64,000 nucleotides of DNA from an uncultured cyanobacterium (GTDB taxonomy: Bacteria > Cyanobacteriota > Cyanobacteriia > Cyanobacteriales > Cyanobacteriaceae), in NCBI GenBank assembly GCA_963710605.1, contig CAVQBA010000007.1:224001-288000 (forward strand), read 5' to 3'. The position numbers were made by a program, and so were the translations under genes. Of the stretch, positions 34,195 to 44,698 are shown one piece after another. A model generated the notes under the pieces. That model worked only from the letters and a program-made list of their open reading frames with translations, made no database searches and was not told the origin of the DNA. Every line of letters begins with the position of its first letter. Position 1 is the stretch's first letter.

Positions 34195-34421
34195 TTTTTA
34201 GTTAAAAGTTAAAAGTTAAGAATTATAGATTAATACCAAATTCAAAAAATAAAAAGACAAATCAATCCCCCTAAATCCCCCTTACCGAAGGGGGACTTAC
34301 CAATACCAAGTAATATTTTCATAGTTCTGAAATTGTTATTAAAATCTATAATTAATTTTCCCCCAGAATTGGGGGTTAGGGGGCATAAAAATGTCCGCAC
34401 CTTAAATCCGTAGTGCTATAA

Positions 34422-35231
34422 TTATCGTTCACACACATGAGTGGCATCTTCAGCTTTTTCAGCATATTCAAAACCTTGGGCTAAACGCCAAGCAAATATT
34501 TTTGGTAAACCTCAATCGATAATATCTCGACAAGTAGTCTGATAATCGTATTCAACTTCTTTTAATAATACGGTATCGGCTTCGGTATCATAAATAATAT
34601 AGGTTGCATTAGGTCGTCCATGACGAGGTTCGCCAACTGAGCCTACATTAACAATACGTTTTAACGGACTATTAAAAGTATTACTTTCTTTTGATTCGGG
34701 AGTTACTACCTTAATTTGTAATTGCCCCGCATCGAGAGTACGGACATAAGGCATATGGGTATGTCCACAAAATAATATGTCTGCATCGACACTTAAAACC
34801 CTTTCTAAGGCGGCAAAAGCATCCATTTCGGCTAAAAGGTATTCGTGGTTACTTTGAGGGCTTCCATGAGCAAAACAAAGACGATCTTCTTTGAGATAAT
34901 GAGGTAAACTAGCTAAAAATTGGCGATTTTCAGCAGTAATTTGCTCATTTGTCCATTCATGAGCAACAACACCTCTTCTTTCGGCGAGAAGAGAAGGATA
35001 ACTACATTCACAGGAGTTTAAACCTTCAACGATATCTTCATCCCAACAACCTTGCACAGAAGGAATCTCTAATTCTCTAATTTTAGCTATTACCTCATTA
35101 GGATGAGGTCCATAACCGACTAAATCTCCTAGACTATAAATACGATCGCACTTATTTTCTTTAATATCTTTTAAAACTGCTTCTAAAGCAGGTAAATTAG
35201 CGTGAATACAAGATAAAACGGCAATTTTCAT
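34422..35231 (-). CDS. Metallophosphoesterase-family protein with in-frame TGA at 34512-34514
   Basis: SCIHAN, LGDLVGYGP, QGCWDE, AHGSP, CGHTH, NVGSVGEPR; frame continues GLPKIFAWRLAQG...HVCER* after the TGA. Confidence 0.85.
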
Positions 35232-35262
35232 TTAATTATTCTCCATAATTGATTATTGATTA

Positions 35263-36402
35263 TTAGTTAAAATTAAGGGCTGTATATTGCCCTCCTAAAC
35301 CTTCGACGATCGTTTTGGTGTTAGCAATTAGCATTTTTTGGTAAGAATCTCCCGGCGTACCTTCTGCCCCTAAACTATCTGTATATAACTCTCGTGGTGA
35401 TAATTGTACATTCGCTTCCCTAGCGACAGTTTCTAATACCTGAGAATTGACAGAAGCTTCTGCAAAGATAGTTGGTACTTGGCTTTCCCTTATTTCCTTC
35501 ACTAAACTTGCTACCGTCCCCGCACTAGGTGATTCTTCTGTACTAAAACTTGATAAGACACTATCAAAATCAAAATTATAAGCTTCAATATAATAACCAA
35601 AAGCGTCATGAGTGGTGATTATTTTCTTTTGATTGGCAGGAATAGTGGTTATTTGTTGCTGAATCCATTGGTCAATTTCCCCTAACTCTGATTGTATTGT
35701 TTGAGTTCGAGCTTGATATTCTTCCTCTAAATCTGGTTGTACTTGCGTTAGCCCTTCAGCGATAACTGCAACCATTTTACTTCCATTTTCGGGATTATGC
35801 CACACATGAGGATCGGGGACTTTTTCTTCGCTATGATTTTCTTTATCATGGTCGTGATCTTTTTTGTCATGGTCATGATCGTCGTGATCGTGATCGTGAT
35901 CGTGATCGTGATCGCTATGATTTTCTTTTTCACTGTGATTGTCATGACCACCATCGCTATGATGTTCTTCTTTATCGCCGTGATGACCGTGGTCGTGTTT
36001 TTCTCCTAAAAGAGGATCGGCAACAGCTAGTTCGTGGACAGCTATTTTCGGGTTACTATTAGTTGTGGCATCGATTAATTTAACCAAACTTGAATCAAAA
36101 TCATAACCACCGTATAATACTAAATCAGCAGACTCGATCGCTTGTCGATCTTCTGGAGTTGGCTGATAGACATGAGGATCGATTTCAGGTTTTAATAAAC
36201 ATTTTAAATCGACCGTATCTTGTGCTACTTGCTCGGTTAAATTGCATAAAATACTAGTAGTTGCAACTACTAAAGGTAAATTATCCGTTGATGATGTAGA
36301 AATTCCCTCTGGTTGTTCTTCGTTTACTTCGGCGTTACACCCCCAAACACTTAGGAGAATTGCCGCTATACCGATAGAATTTAATATTTTCACTATCTTC
36401 AT
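35263..36402 (-). CDS. Zn/Mn ABC transporter substrate-binding lipoprotein with His/Asp-rich loop (ZnuA-like)
   Basis: Lipobox VWGC, DPHVYQP, long H/D loop, DPHVW, THDAFGY. Confidence 0.93.
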   Translation of the reverse strand: MKIVKILNSIGIAAILLSVWGCNAEVNEEQPEGISTSSTDNLPLVVATTSILCNLTEQVAQDTVDLKCLLKPEIDPHVYQPTPEDRQAIESADLVLYGGYDFDSSLVKLIDATTNSNPKIAVHELAVADPLLGEKHDHGHHGDKEEHHSDGGHDNHSEKENHSDHDHDHDHDHDDHDHDKKDHDHDKENHSEEKVPDPHVWHNPENGSKMVAVIAEGLTQVQPDLEEEYQARTQTIQSELGEIDQWIQQQITTIPANQKKIITTHDAFGYYIEAYNFDFDSVLSSFSTEESPSAGTVASLVKEIRESQVPTIFAEASVNSQVLETVAREANVQLSPRELYTDSLGAEGTPGDSYQKMLIANTKTIVEGLGGQYTALNFN

Positions 36403-36405
36403 TTA

Positions 36406-36426
36406 CAATAATGATTATCATTCTCA
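36406..36426. promoter_or_regulatory. Zur/Fur-type box in the 35-bp divergent intergenic region
   Basis: CAATAATGATTATCATTCTCA. Confidence 0.8.
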
Positions 36427-36437
36427 GTATATAACTT

Positions 36438-37171
36438 ATGTTAGAAGTTAAGCAATTATTTGTTAGTTATCGGGGATTAGTAGCAGTAGAAAATGTAAGT
36501 TTTTCTGTCAAGAAAGGAGAATTAGTCGGTATCATTGGTCCTAACGGGGCGGGAAAAAGTACTATTTTAAAGCTATTTTAGGTTTAATTTCGGTAGAGAC
36601 AGGAGTGATACAGTACCAATCCCAAAATATTACTAAACAATTAAAACAAGTTGCTTATATTCCTCAACGGACGCAAATAGATTGGGATTATCCGATTACT
36701 GTAGAAAAAGTGGTTATGATGGCAAGAATTAGGCATACGAAGTTATTTCGCTCTTATTCTCGTCAATCTCGATCGATCGTGCAACAAGCCCTAGAAAGAG
36801 TGGGAATGTGGGAATTAAGACATCGTGGCATCGGTGAGTTATCAGGAGGGCAACAACAAAGAATATTTTTAGCCCAAGCTTTAGCTCAAGAAGCACAATT
36901 ATTTTTGTTTGATGAGCCTTTTATTGGGGTGGATAAAAAAACAGAAGCGATGCTGTTTGATGTATTTGATGAACTAAAATCTCAAGGAAAAATTTTGATT
37001 GTGGTGGGACACGAACTTAAGGAAACTACCCGCAATTACGATCGATTTTTGTTAATTAATAAAACTGTAATTGCTGATGGTAGTGAAAAAGAAGTAATTA
37101 CCGCTAATAATATTCACAAAGCATACGGCGATAATGTAATTTTCTTTGAAAAAAAAGATGAAGAAAAATAA
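36438..37171 (+). CDS. Metal ABC transporter ATPase (ZnuC-like), frameshift near 36570
   Basis: [11 protein letters not shown]...GPNGAGKST from ATG 36438; [19 protein letters not shown]. Confidence 0.9.
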
Positions 37172-37481
37172 TCCAAAACATCTAATTTTTTAACGCTGAC
37201 CAAGACGAAAATTAAGAATTTAACTCTTGCCTCTTGCGATCGAAGCCTCTTGCATGAATGCCTCTTTACTTATTACTTATTACTTCGTCTTTTGCCCATC
37301 TCTTGTTATTAAGTTTAAAAAGTTAAGATGATTCGCAAGAAATTGATTTATACTCATTTTAAATAAGAATGAAACAACTTTATTCGGTAATAGTTTAGTT
37401 AAAGTAACGACTGGTGGGCATTGCCCACCCTACAAAATTTATTTTATTATCGCAATCTTAATTAAAATTACTATAATTCTA

Positions 37482-38174
37482 TTATTTAAAATTTCTATTT
37501 CGTTTCTTAGCCCATAAAGTACCCAATCCAAAAAGAGTAGAACCCAATATTCCAATACCTGGTTCTGGCACTGGGGTTGCAGTTAAACGTTGTCCTAATT
37601 GTGTACCTGCATTGGGATCGTCCAAAACTTCAGCTCTTGTACGGGTAAAAAAGGCAATATCTAAATGATCCATCATCCCTCTAGTAAAACCGTTAGGTAA
37701 GTCAGGAAACTCATTACCCCAATCTGTTAAATGTACGTGGGGGCTAGGATTACTATCAGAAAATAAATCAGCCATCGGATTTGGTGCCGAAAAGAAATTC
37801 AGTCCTTCTCGTTTAACACCACCAATACTGATACCGTTAGGTTCACTTGAGGGGCCAGTTTGTAAAATTTCTCTCGCATTAGTATCGAAATTAAAGTTAA
37901 AATCAGAAGTAGTTAGATGATTATCAAGAAACTCTTTAAAAACATTACCATTAGGATCGATAAAGGCAATATCAAAGGAAGTTAGATCGTCTTTACGTAC
38001 AATTCCATCACCGTTAATATTATTTTCATCATAGCTAAAACGTCCTTCGAGTTGATAACCTAAAGTTTGTCCCGTCCAATTTAGATTAAAAGTAATTGCT
38101 TGTACCGAATTAGTAGTTACTAAACCTAAACTCATAAAAGTTACGGTAAATAAGCCTATATTTTTTCTATTCAT
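37482..38174 (-). CDS. PEP-CTERM sorting-signal surface protein
   Basis: Signal peptide; C-terminal VPEP + TM + KKRNR. Confidence 0.85.
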   Translation of the reverse strand: MNRKNIGLFTVTFMSLGLVTTNSVQAITFNLNWTGQTLGYQLEGRFSYDENNINGDGIVRKDDLTSFDIAFIDPNGNVFKEFLDNHLTTSDFNFNFDTNAREILQTGPSSEPNGISIGGVKREGLNFFSAPNPMADLFSDSNPSPHVHLTDWGNEFPDLPNGFTRGMMDHLDIAFFTRTRAEVLDDPNAGTQLGQRLTATPVPEPGIGILGSTLFGLGTLWAKKRNRNFK

Positions 38175-38668
38175 TAGTCATTTATCTGGAAAAGTTTGAT
38201 TCAATTTCGACTCTAATACTTTTAGCATTATTTTGGCATAATTTCCATAGACAATATGTCAAACATAACTCCAAACTTTCTATGATAAAGTTAACTTTTT
38301 AAGTAATGTTAAAATTCTTGACAAAAAAATATTTACAATACTTTAAGGGTATAGCTTTTTACTGTACTAATTTCTATTTTTAAGTTGAATACGATCGCTA
38401 AATATTATTCCCTAAATCTAACTATATTTAGATTTGAGCCTTAGATTACTTACCATGACATCTTCGCACTTATAGCGCTTCTCATACTAATGAGGTACGT
38501 TTATAATTTGCAAGTCCCCCTTTCAAAGGGGGATTTAGGGGGATAAATATGTGTTTTATAATACTAATAATTACTATATTTTAGTAATAGTATCTAAATT
38601 TTTAACAAACGCAATTTTTTTAAATTCAATCAAATACATTATTTTAATAACTTTAACTTTTTTTTTAA

Positions 38669-39553
38669 ATGTTCCAATTCCTAAACTTAATAACCGATCC
38701 TTTACAATTTGAATTTATGAGAAATTCTCTTTTAATTATTATATCTTTAGGAATTTTATGTGCAGTAACAGGTAGTTATTTGATTGTCCAAAAAATGGGT
38801 TTATTAGGGGATGTTATCGCCCAATCAGTTCTACCAGGATTAGCGATCGCTTTTTATTTAGGAATAGATATATTTTTCGGAGCATTTATTTCGGGGATGT
38901 TAAGTACTTTTATTATTGCTTGGATTAAAGAAGAATCAAAGATAAAAATTGATGTTGCTATGGCATTAGTCTGTTCTGGATTTTTAGCCTTAGGAATTAT
39001 GTTAATTAGTCTTTTAAAAAGTAAAATTGACCTTAACAGTTTTTTATTTGGTGATATTTTGGTAGTTACTAGTAGCGATGTTTGGAGGACATTGATAATT
39101 ACTTGTTCTGTCCTTTTATTTATTAAATTATTTTATAAAGAACTATTGTTTTATACCTTTAATCCATTGGGAGCAAAAGCGATCGGTTTACCTGTCAAAT
39201 GGCTTAATTTTATGCTTGTTTCTGCCATTACTTTAGCAATTATCGCTAGTATGGAGGCAGTGGGAGTTATATTAGTTGTCTCTTTGCTAACTGCCCCCAG
39301 TATCACAGCTTATTTGTTGGTGAAAGAATTATCACAAATGATGATTGTGGGTGCTATTTTTGGCAGTATAAGTGGTGTTGTTGGTATTTATTTAAGTTAC
39401 TATTTGAATGTACCTTCAGGATCTTCGATTGTCATTGTCGCAAGTATTTTATTTTTATTAGCATTATTATTTAGCCCAAGTCAGGGGATTTTAACCCGTC
39501 CTGAAATACTTTATAGAATCAAGCATCTTTTGAACAGGAAAATTAAAAATTAA
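38669..39553 (+). CDS. Metal ABC transporter permease (ZnuB-like)
   Basis: MGLLGDVIAQSVLPG, FLFGDIL, FYKEL, VGVILV. Confidence 0.93.
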   Translation: MFQFLNLITDPLQFEFMRNSLLIIISLGILCAVTGSYLIVQKMGLLGDVIAQSVLPGLAIAFYLGIDIFFGAFISGMLSTFIIAWIKEESKIKIDVAMALVCSGFLALGIMLISLLKSKIDLNSFLFGDILVVTSSDVWRTLIITCSVLLFIKLFYKELLFYTFNPLGAKAIGLPVKWLNFMLVSAITLAIIASMEAVGVILVVSLLTAPSITAYLLVKELSQMMIVGAIFGSISGVVGIYLSYYLNVPSGSSIVIVASILFLLALLFSPSQGILTRPEILYRIKHLLNRKIKN

Positions 39554-39573
39554 TTATTTCTTTTATTATTAAT

Positions 39574-39601
39574 GTAGAGACAAGGCATGCCTTGTCTCTA
39601 C
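39574..39601. repeat. Perfect 28-bp GTAG-type palindrome; related copy at 59087-59110
   Basis: GTAGAGACAAGGCATGCCTTGTCTCTAC. Confidence 0.9.
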
Positions 39602-39671
39602 GCATCCCTTATCTCTACGAAAATGCTAAAATTAAATTACCATAATATTTTTTTATAAATACTAAAAAATT

Positions 39672-40238
39672 ATGACCACAGTTTTAAATCTTGAGTCTAT
39701 TACCGTTTTAAATCGAGAAAAATTTTATCAACTTTGTGTCAGTAATCCAGAATTATCATTAGAAAGAAATCCTCAAGGAAAGTTAATTATTATGTCCCCT
39801 GTTGGTGGTACAAGTGGAGAAAAGGAAGCTAATTTAATCTTTAAAATTGCTCTTTGGAATGAACAAGAAAAATTAGGGAAAGTTTTTAGCTCATCAACTA
39901 TTTTTAGTTTACCAAAAGGGGGCGATCGTAGTCCAGATGTGGCTTGGGTATCTTTAGAAAAATGGGAAAATTTAACGGACAAACAAAAAGATGGATTCCC
40001 TCCAATATGTCCAGATTTTGTAATTGAATTAAGATCCAAAAGCGATCGACTTAAACCATTACAAGATAAAATGAGCGAATATTTAGACTCAGGGTTACGA
40101 CTAGGATGGTTAGTTAATCCACAGGGTAAAACTGTAGAAATATATCGTCCAAATCAAGCCGTAGAAGTGGTAAAAATGCCTGTTGACTTATCAGGAGAAA
40201 ATGTTTTACCAGATTTAACAATTAACCTCAATTATTAG
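39672..40238 (+). CDS. Uma2 family (PD-(D/E)XK) endonuclease-like protein
   Basis: RSPDVAWV, PDFVIELRS, LGWLVNP. Confidence 0.93.
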   Translation: MTTVLNLESITVLNREKFYQLCVSNPELSLERNPQGKLIIMSPVGGTSGEKEANLIFKIALWNEQEKLGKVFSSSTIFSLPKGGDRSPDVAWVSLEKWENLTDKQKDGFPPICPDFVIELRSKSDRLKPLQDKMSEYLDSGLRLGWLVNPQGKTVEIYRPNQAVEVVKMPVDLSGENVLPDLTINLNY

Positions 40239-40347
40239 GTAATAGAAAGTACTTTTAATAAAACCTCCCTTGGGCATAAACTACAATGAATGTGCTTTTG
40301 GAGTAACGTTTACCTTTGCGAGTGTATGGTTATAGTTTTCAATAAAT

Positions 40348-41013
40348 ATGACAAATCAAATGTATAAAAAGCAAAACTTGTTAAAGTTAGCTCGGTTAAG
40401 ACAAGAAACAAGATATGACGGATATAATTGCATTTGTGACTATGAAGATGGGTTTTATGAATGTGATTATGTATCTCCCTATAGCAAATCAGCTCACAAT
40501 GTAAACGCTGATGTATTTATTATTTTACAAGATTGGTCTTCTGACGAAAGTCTCAAAAAAATGGATAAATGTCACGAAACTAATAAACTGGGTTATACAC
40601 CGAAAGTTAGGACAAATAAAAATCTTCAAGAACTACTAAAAGATTATCTTTCCATAGAATTAAATGATACTTACGCAACAAATCTTTTTCCGTTTATCAA
40701 AAAGGGATCGATGAGTGCAAATATTCCACAAAAAGATATGCAAAGAGCCGCAAAAGAATTTACTTTGCCAATGATAGAAATAATTCAACCAAAAATTACA
40801 ATAGCATTGGGAATGAAAACTTTTAATGCACTTAGAAAAGTCATAGGATTAAATAAAGTTTCTAATATGAACGATGCTGTAAAAAGTTCTTTTGATTATG
40901 ATGGCACTAGAGTATTTTTTCAAACACATCCATCTCAACAAGCTCAAAACACAAGAGGTAAAAGTCAAGTTAAACAAGATTGGCTAGAAATGAAAAAGTA
41001 TCTTAATGATTGA
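40348..41013 (+). CDS. Uracil-DNA glycosylase superfamily protein
   Basis: IILQDWS, YATNLFPF, IQPKITIALG, THPS. Confidence 0.7.
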   Translation: MTNQMYKKQNLLKLARLRQETRYDGYNCICDYEDGFYECDYVSPYSKSAHNVNADVFIILQDWSSDESLKKMDKCHETNKLGYTPKVRTNKNLQELLKDYLSIELNDTYATNLFPFIKKGSMSANIPQKDMQRAAKEFTLPMIEIIQPKITIALGMKTFNALRKVIGLNKVSNMNDAVKSSFDYDGTRVFFQTHPSQQAQNTRGKSQVKQDWLEMKKYLND

Positions 41014-41056
41014 TTGTCAGCTTAATTAGTAAAATAGTTGTCAAAAATATAGTACA

Positions 41057-41830
41057 TTAGAATTGTTGACTCAAAGACTCCTTAACTTGTTGCTGATAAA
41101 ATTGGACAACATCATCAGATAAACAAAAATCGCTAATGGTATCGACGATCGCTTGTTTATCCAAATTAGTACCAATAATTTCTAAACCACTAAAATGAGT
41201 CGGTCTTCCATCTAAGGATAAAGGTATTTGTAAAGCTTGAAAATCTAAATTAACACCATCAGGTGAATAGTCTCGATAAATACATTGACCATCCATAATA
41301 TTAAATATACCTTTAACACGGATAACATCACCATAAGCACTGGCGACTAACTCTTGCCAAAAGGTTTCTAGACTGGCAAAATCTAATATTTCTTCCGTTA
41401 ATCCTGCTCGCTGAATTTGTAAATTAACGAAAGAATTTGATTTTATCTCGCTTGTTAATTCTTGGTTAACAATTACTTTGTCAGCTAAATTTTTCCATTT
41501 TTGACTGTCTTCTAATTGACTAACGATCGCTATTTTTTCACCATCTAAATTATCTAAAAAACTACAATTATTAATAATGTCAATATATTCAGGTATTTCT
41601 AGGTAAATATTACTTTTTTTAGTTTGATTAATTAATTCAGATAAATTTTCGCTATTGGCAATCGATAAATCGGGATAATAACCTTGTAATAAAGCACCAT
41701 CTAAAGGAAAAGTTTCTGTTTTCGGACTAACATAATAACTGTCGTTGTTACTTTGTTTTAAATCTTCTTTAATCCAATTAATAGATATCTGCAAGAAAAG
41801 ATATAGTTGTTTTAAATAAAAATGAGACAC
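41057..41830 (-). CDS. CobW C-terminal-domain protein lacking an N-terminal P-loop
   Basis: LDFASLETFWQEL..AYGDVIRVKGIF, EIIGTNLD. Confidence 0.7.
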   Translation of the reverse strand: MSHFYLKQLYLFLQISINWIKEDLKQSNNDSYYVSPKTETFPLDGALLQGYYPDLSIANSENLSELINQTKKSNIYLEIPEYIDIINNCSFLDNLDGEKIAIVSQLEDSQKWKNLADKVIVNQELTSEIKSNSFVNLQIQRAGLTEEILDFASLETFWQELVASAYGDVIRVKGIFNIMDGQCIYRDYSPDGVNLDFQALQIPLSLDGRPTHFSGLEIIGTNLDKQAIVDTISDFCLSDDVVQFYQQQVKESLSQQF

Positions 41831-42018
41831 GAGTGCTATATCAGAATTTAAGTTTAATTTATTAAACGGATTCTATTAGCCTTGCACGATAGTTCAAGGC
41901 GGGTTTAATACTTTAGTTTTAAGATTATTATTGCTGTCTCAATTCTTTTTTTTAATGACTATAATTGTACTTGCTCCTACTCAGGGCTTTAGCTCTTAAC
42001 TGATTATCGGTATATTTT

Positions 42019-43068
42019 TTATTTTGCAATACATTCTCTGAGTTTGCTTTTTAATTTTTCGCCATCGATATTTTTGCCAATCATTACAAATTGATTATTT
42101 TTGATGTCTGAATTTTCCCATTCTTCAGTGTCGATGTCGTATCTTCTTCCACTAAGTTGAAAAATATGTTTGAGTTTACTTTCTGCAAACCATAAAATTC
42201 CTTTCGCTCGATATACTCTATCCATAATCTCATCAGTGATAAAGTTCTGAAACTTAGCAACATTAAAAGGACGATCGCATTCAAAAGAAACCGAAATAAA
42301 ACCATCAACCTCTAAATGATGGGAATGATGATGATGGTCACGATCGTGGTCGTGGTCATGATTATGTTCGTGGTGGTGATGTTTGTGATGCTCGTGGTCA
42401 TGATGATCATGTTCTGATTCTGTTTGTTGTTCTAAAGAATAATTATCAGAATTATGACTATCGATATCTAAAATCAAAGGTAAAGGTAATTTACCATACT
42501 CAGAATAAAGGATTTTCGCTCCATTTTTCATTTCGTTGACCTGTTTTTCTAATTGCTCTACCTTCGATGGAGAAACTAGATCGACTTTGTTCACAACCAA
42601 AATATCTCCATAGATAACTTGTTGTAAAGCCGCTTCACTTTCAAAATGTTCTGGGGTAAAATTTTCTGCATCAATTAGAGTCAAAACAGAATCAAGACGG
42701 ACAAAATCTCTTAATTCAGGGCTAATAAAAGTTAAAGCGATCGGTAAAGGATCGGCAACACCACTAGTTTCCACGATTAAATAATCAATTTTTCGATCGC
42801 TTTCTAAAACTTGAAAAACAGTACTCAATAAATCATCGTTAATGGTGCAACAAATACAACCATTACTCAGACTTAACATATTTTCTTCGATCGAAACGAG
42901 TAGTTTACTGTCAATATCAATATCACCAAATTCATTGACAATGATTGCTACTTTTAAATCTTGATTGTTAGTCAAAATGTGATTGAGTAGAGTTGTCTTA
43001 CCGCTACCAAGAAAACCCGTAATAACCGTAACAGGCAAACCTCTTTTAGGTATAACTAAACTATCCAT
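42019..43068 (-). CDS. COG0523/CobW-family G3E GTPase (Zn metallochaperone) with His-rich insert
   Basis: TGFLGSGKTT, NEFG, GCICC, ETSG, NKVD, His-rich loop, RAKG. Confidence 0.95.
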   Translation of the reverse strand: MDSLVIPKRGLPVTVITGFLGSGKTTLLNHILTNNQDLKVAIIVNEFGDIDIDSKLLVSIEENMLSLSNGCICCTINDDLLSTVFQVLESDRKIDYLIVETSGVADPLPIALTFISPELRDFVRLDSVLTLIDAENFTPEHFESEAALQQVIYGDILVVNKVDLVSPSKVEQLEKQVNEMKNGAKILYSEYGKLPLPLILDIDSHNSDNYSLEQQTESEHDHHDHEHHKHHHHEHNHDHDHDRDHHHHSHHLEVDGFISVSFECDRPFNVAKFQNFITDEIMDRVYRAKGILWFAESKLKHIFQLSGRRYDIDTEEWENSDIKNNQFVMIGKNIDGEKLKSKLRECIAK

Positions 43069-43338
43069 AAATTACTAAAAAAAAATTAAAATAAATTGTT
43101 TTGTAGTTGTGAAACCCAACCGATAATTATCGATCGTTCTATCATTATCAACGATTGAAAGTAGGACTTAAAGGAACGCCGATCGAGAAGTTAAAAGTCT
43201 TAACAGTTAACAGGTACGATATTCCCTATTACTTCATCCTTCATCCTTTGTGAGGTTGGGTAAAGACGAATCTTTACTACGACCGATCGAGGATTGAGGT
43301 TCAGTGTATGTCATAAACATTATATTGGAGAGAATACT

Positions 43339-43359
43339 TAATAATGATAATCGTTATCA
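43339..43359. promoter_or_regulatory. Zur/Fur-type box upstream of the COG0523 gene
   Basis: TAATAATGATAATCGTTATCA (core TGATAATCGTTATCA). Confidence 0.8.
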
Positions 43360-43684
43360 TCTATTTTGACAACTATCTGGACAGATTAAGGTTACTTTTA
43401 GATTCGCTTTGACTAATGATTAATGTTTTGATCTTAGCTAGATATACAATTGTAATTCCTTTTTCTTCTAAAATTGAACGAAGACGATTTTGTTAGATAG
43501 AATTTCAGACTTAACAAGTATTTCATTACTAGTTAAATCGATCGAGCTTTAGCTTCTACATAAGTAAATATCAAAAAGTAGATCGTCTCAAAACAATTAT
43601 GTCAACTATCGATTAAATTTCGTCTTAACTAATACTTTAACCAGACTTATAATAGTATGATCGATAGTTTTTAAAAAGTTTATT

Positions 43685-43936
43685 ATGAATACGATTACTG
43701 CCAATCAGCTTAAAACAAAAGGTGTCTCAATAATTGAAAGTGAACTAGCTAAAGAAACCGAACTAGTTATTACTGTCCGTGGTCAAGAAAAATTTGTGGT
43801 CATGGATATGGAGCAATATAATTATCTGCGTGAATGTGAACTTGAGTCAGCATTACATGAAGCAAAAGCAGATTATCAGAAAGGAAATTTTGTTACTGAA
43901 AGTGTGGAAAAACACATTGAGAGACTGACAAAATGA
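43685..43936 (+). CDS. Phd/YefM-type antitoxin
   Basis: TITANQLKTKG, VITVRGQEKFVVM; ATGA overlap with toxin. Confidence 0.85.
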   Translation: MNTITANQLKTKGVSIIESELAKETELVITVRGQEKFVVMDMEQYNYLRECELESALHEAKADYQKGNFVTESVEKHIERLTK

Positions 43937-44208
43937 ATTTTCAGTTAATCTATACAAACAGTTATATAAAAAGAGCAAAAAGATTTTTTAAAACACATCC
44001 TGAATTATCCAGACAATATGAAAAAACACTAAAGCTATTAGAAATTAATCCTCAACATCCTTCTTTACGACTACATCAACTCAAGGGAAAATTAAACAAC
44101 CTTTATTCCGTATCAATCAATATTTCCTATCGAATCACACTTGAGTTTTATTTCAAAAATCAAGAAATTGTATTGGTTAATGTTGGTCACCATGACGAAG
44201 TCTATTGA
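43933..44208 (+). CDS. RelE/YafQ-type toxin
   Basis: HPSLRLHQLKG, SINISYRI, VGHHDEVY. Confidence 0.88.
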   Translation: MNFQLIYTNSYIKRAKRFFKTHPELSRQYEKTLKLLEINPQHPSLRLHQLKGKLNNLYSVSINISYRITLEFYFKNQEIVLVNVGHHDEVY

Positions 44209-44431
44209 TTGTCTATTTATTCCTTCTTCTATTATCTATCTTATAAAGTGTTTTGAGCGTTAACTTAACCGAAGAAGCGATCGCTAAAAATAAAAAAGTA
44301 GGGAGTAGTTAAACAACGTACAACCCAACAAATCTAACTCATCAAAATCTAAAAAATATTAAGCATCGATCGAACAGTGGCACTAAAAAGCCCGATCGCA
44401 TCCCTAACTGTTTTCAAAAACAAGAAATGAT

Positions 44432-44698
44432 ATGATTAAACAGTGTAAATTGCTAAATTTATCTGAAATTATGGTGTTAAGTAAAGAGAATTTTAATTTT
44501 CAAGAGGCGATCGAAATTATAGAATCTTTGTCTGATGATGAACAAGAACATTTGATTAAAATTATCAACCATCGTCTCAAACAAAAAGAAAAAGAAGAAT
44601 TATTACAAGCAGTAAGAGAGTCTCGTGAGGCTTTTATGAAAGGAGAAGTCAAAAGTGGAACGGTAAAAGATTTAATGGCAGATTTAGAAGAAGAATAA
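44432..44698 (+). CDS. Antitoxin (likely start at MVLSKE)
   Basis: FQEAIEIIESLS..EQ, VKSGTVKDLMADL; precedes a YafQ-type toxin. Confidence 0.75.
   Translation: MIKQCKLLNLSEIMVLSKENFNFQEAIEIIESLSDDEQEHLIKIINHRLKQKEKEELLQAVRESREAFMKGEVKSGTVKDLMADLEEE

Noticed and set aside
34512-34514. Selenocysteine codon
   Set aside because: Context favours Arg (CGA); no SECIS-like hairpin recognised
35748-36009. ORFs with ITITIT and VIVIVI repeats
   Set aside because: Alternate frames of the His-Asp repeat in the ZnuA-like gene
43234-43320. 28-codon minus-strand ORF just downstream of the Zur box
   Set aside because: Runs through a palindromic repeat and has no recognisable motif; cannot be supported as a leader peptide
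43440-43496. Possible PemK/MazF toxin fragment (YTIVIPFSSKIERRR)
   Set aside because: Too short to support without a search
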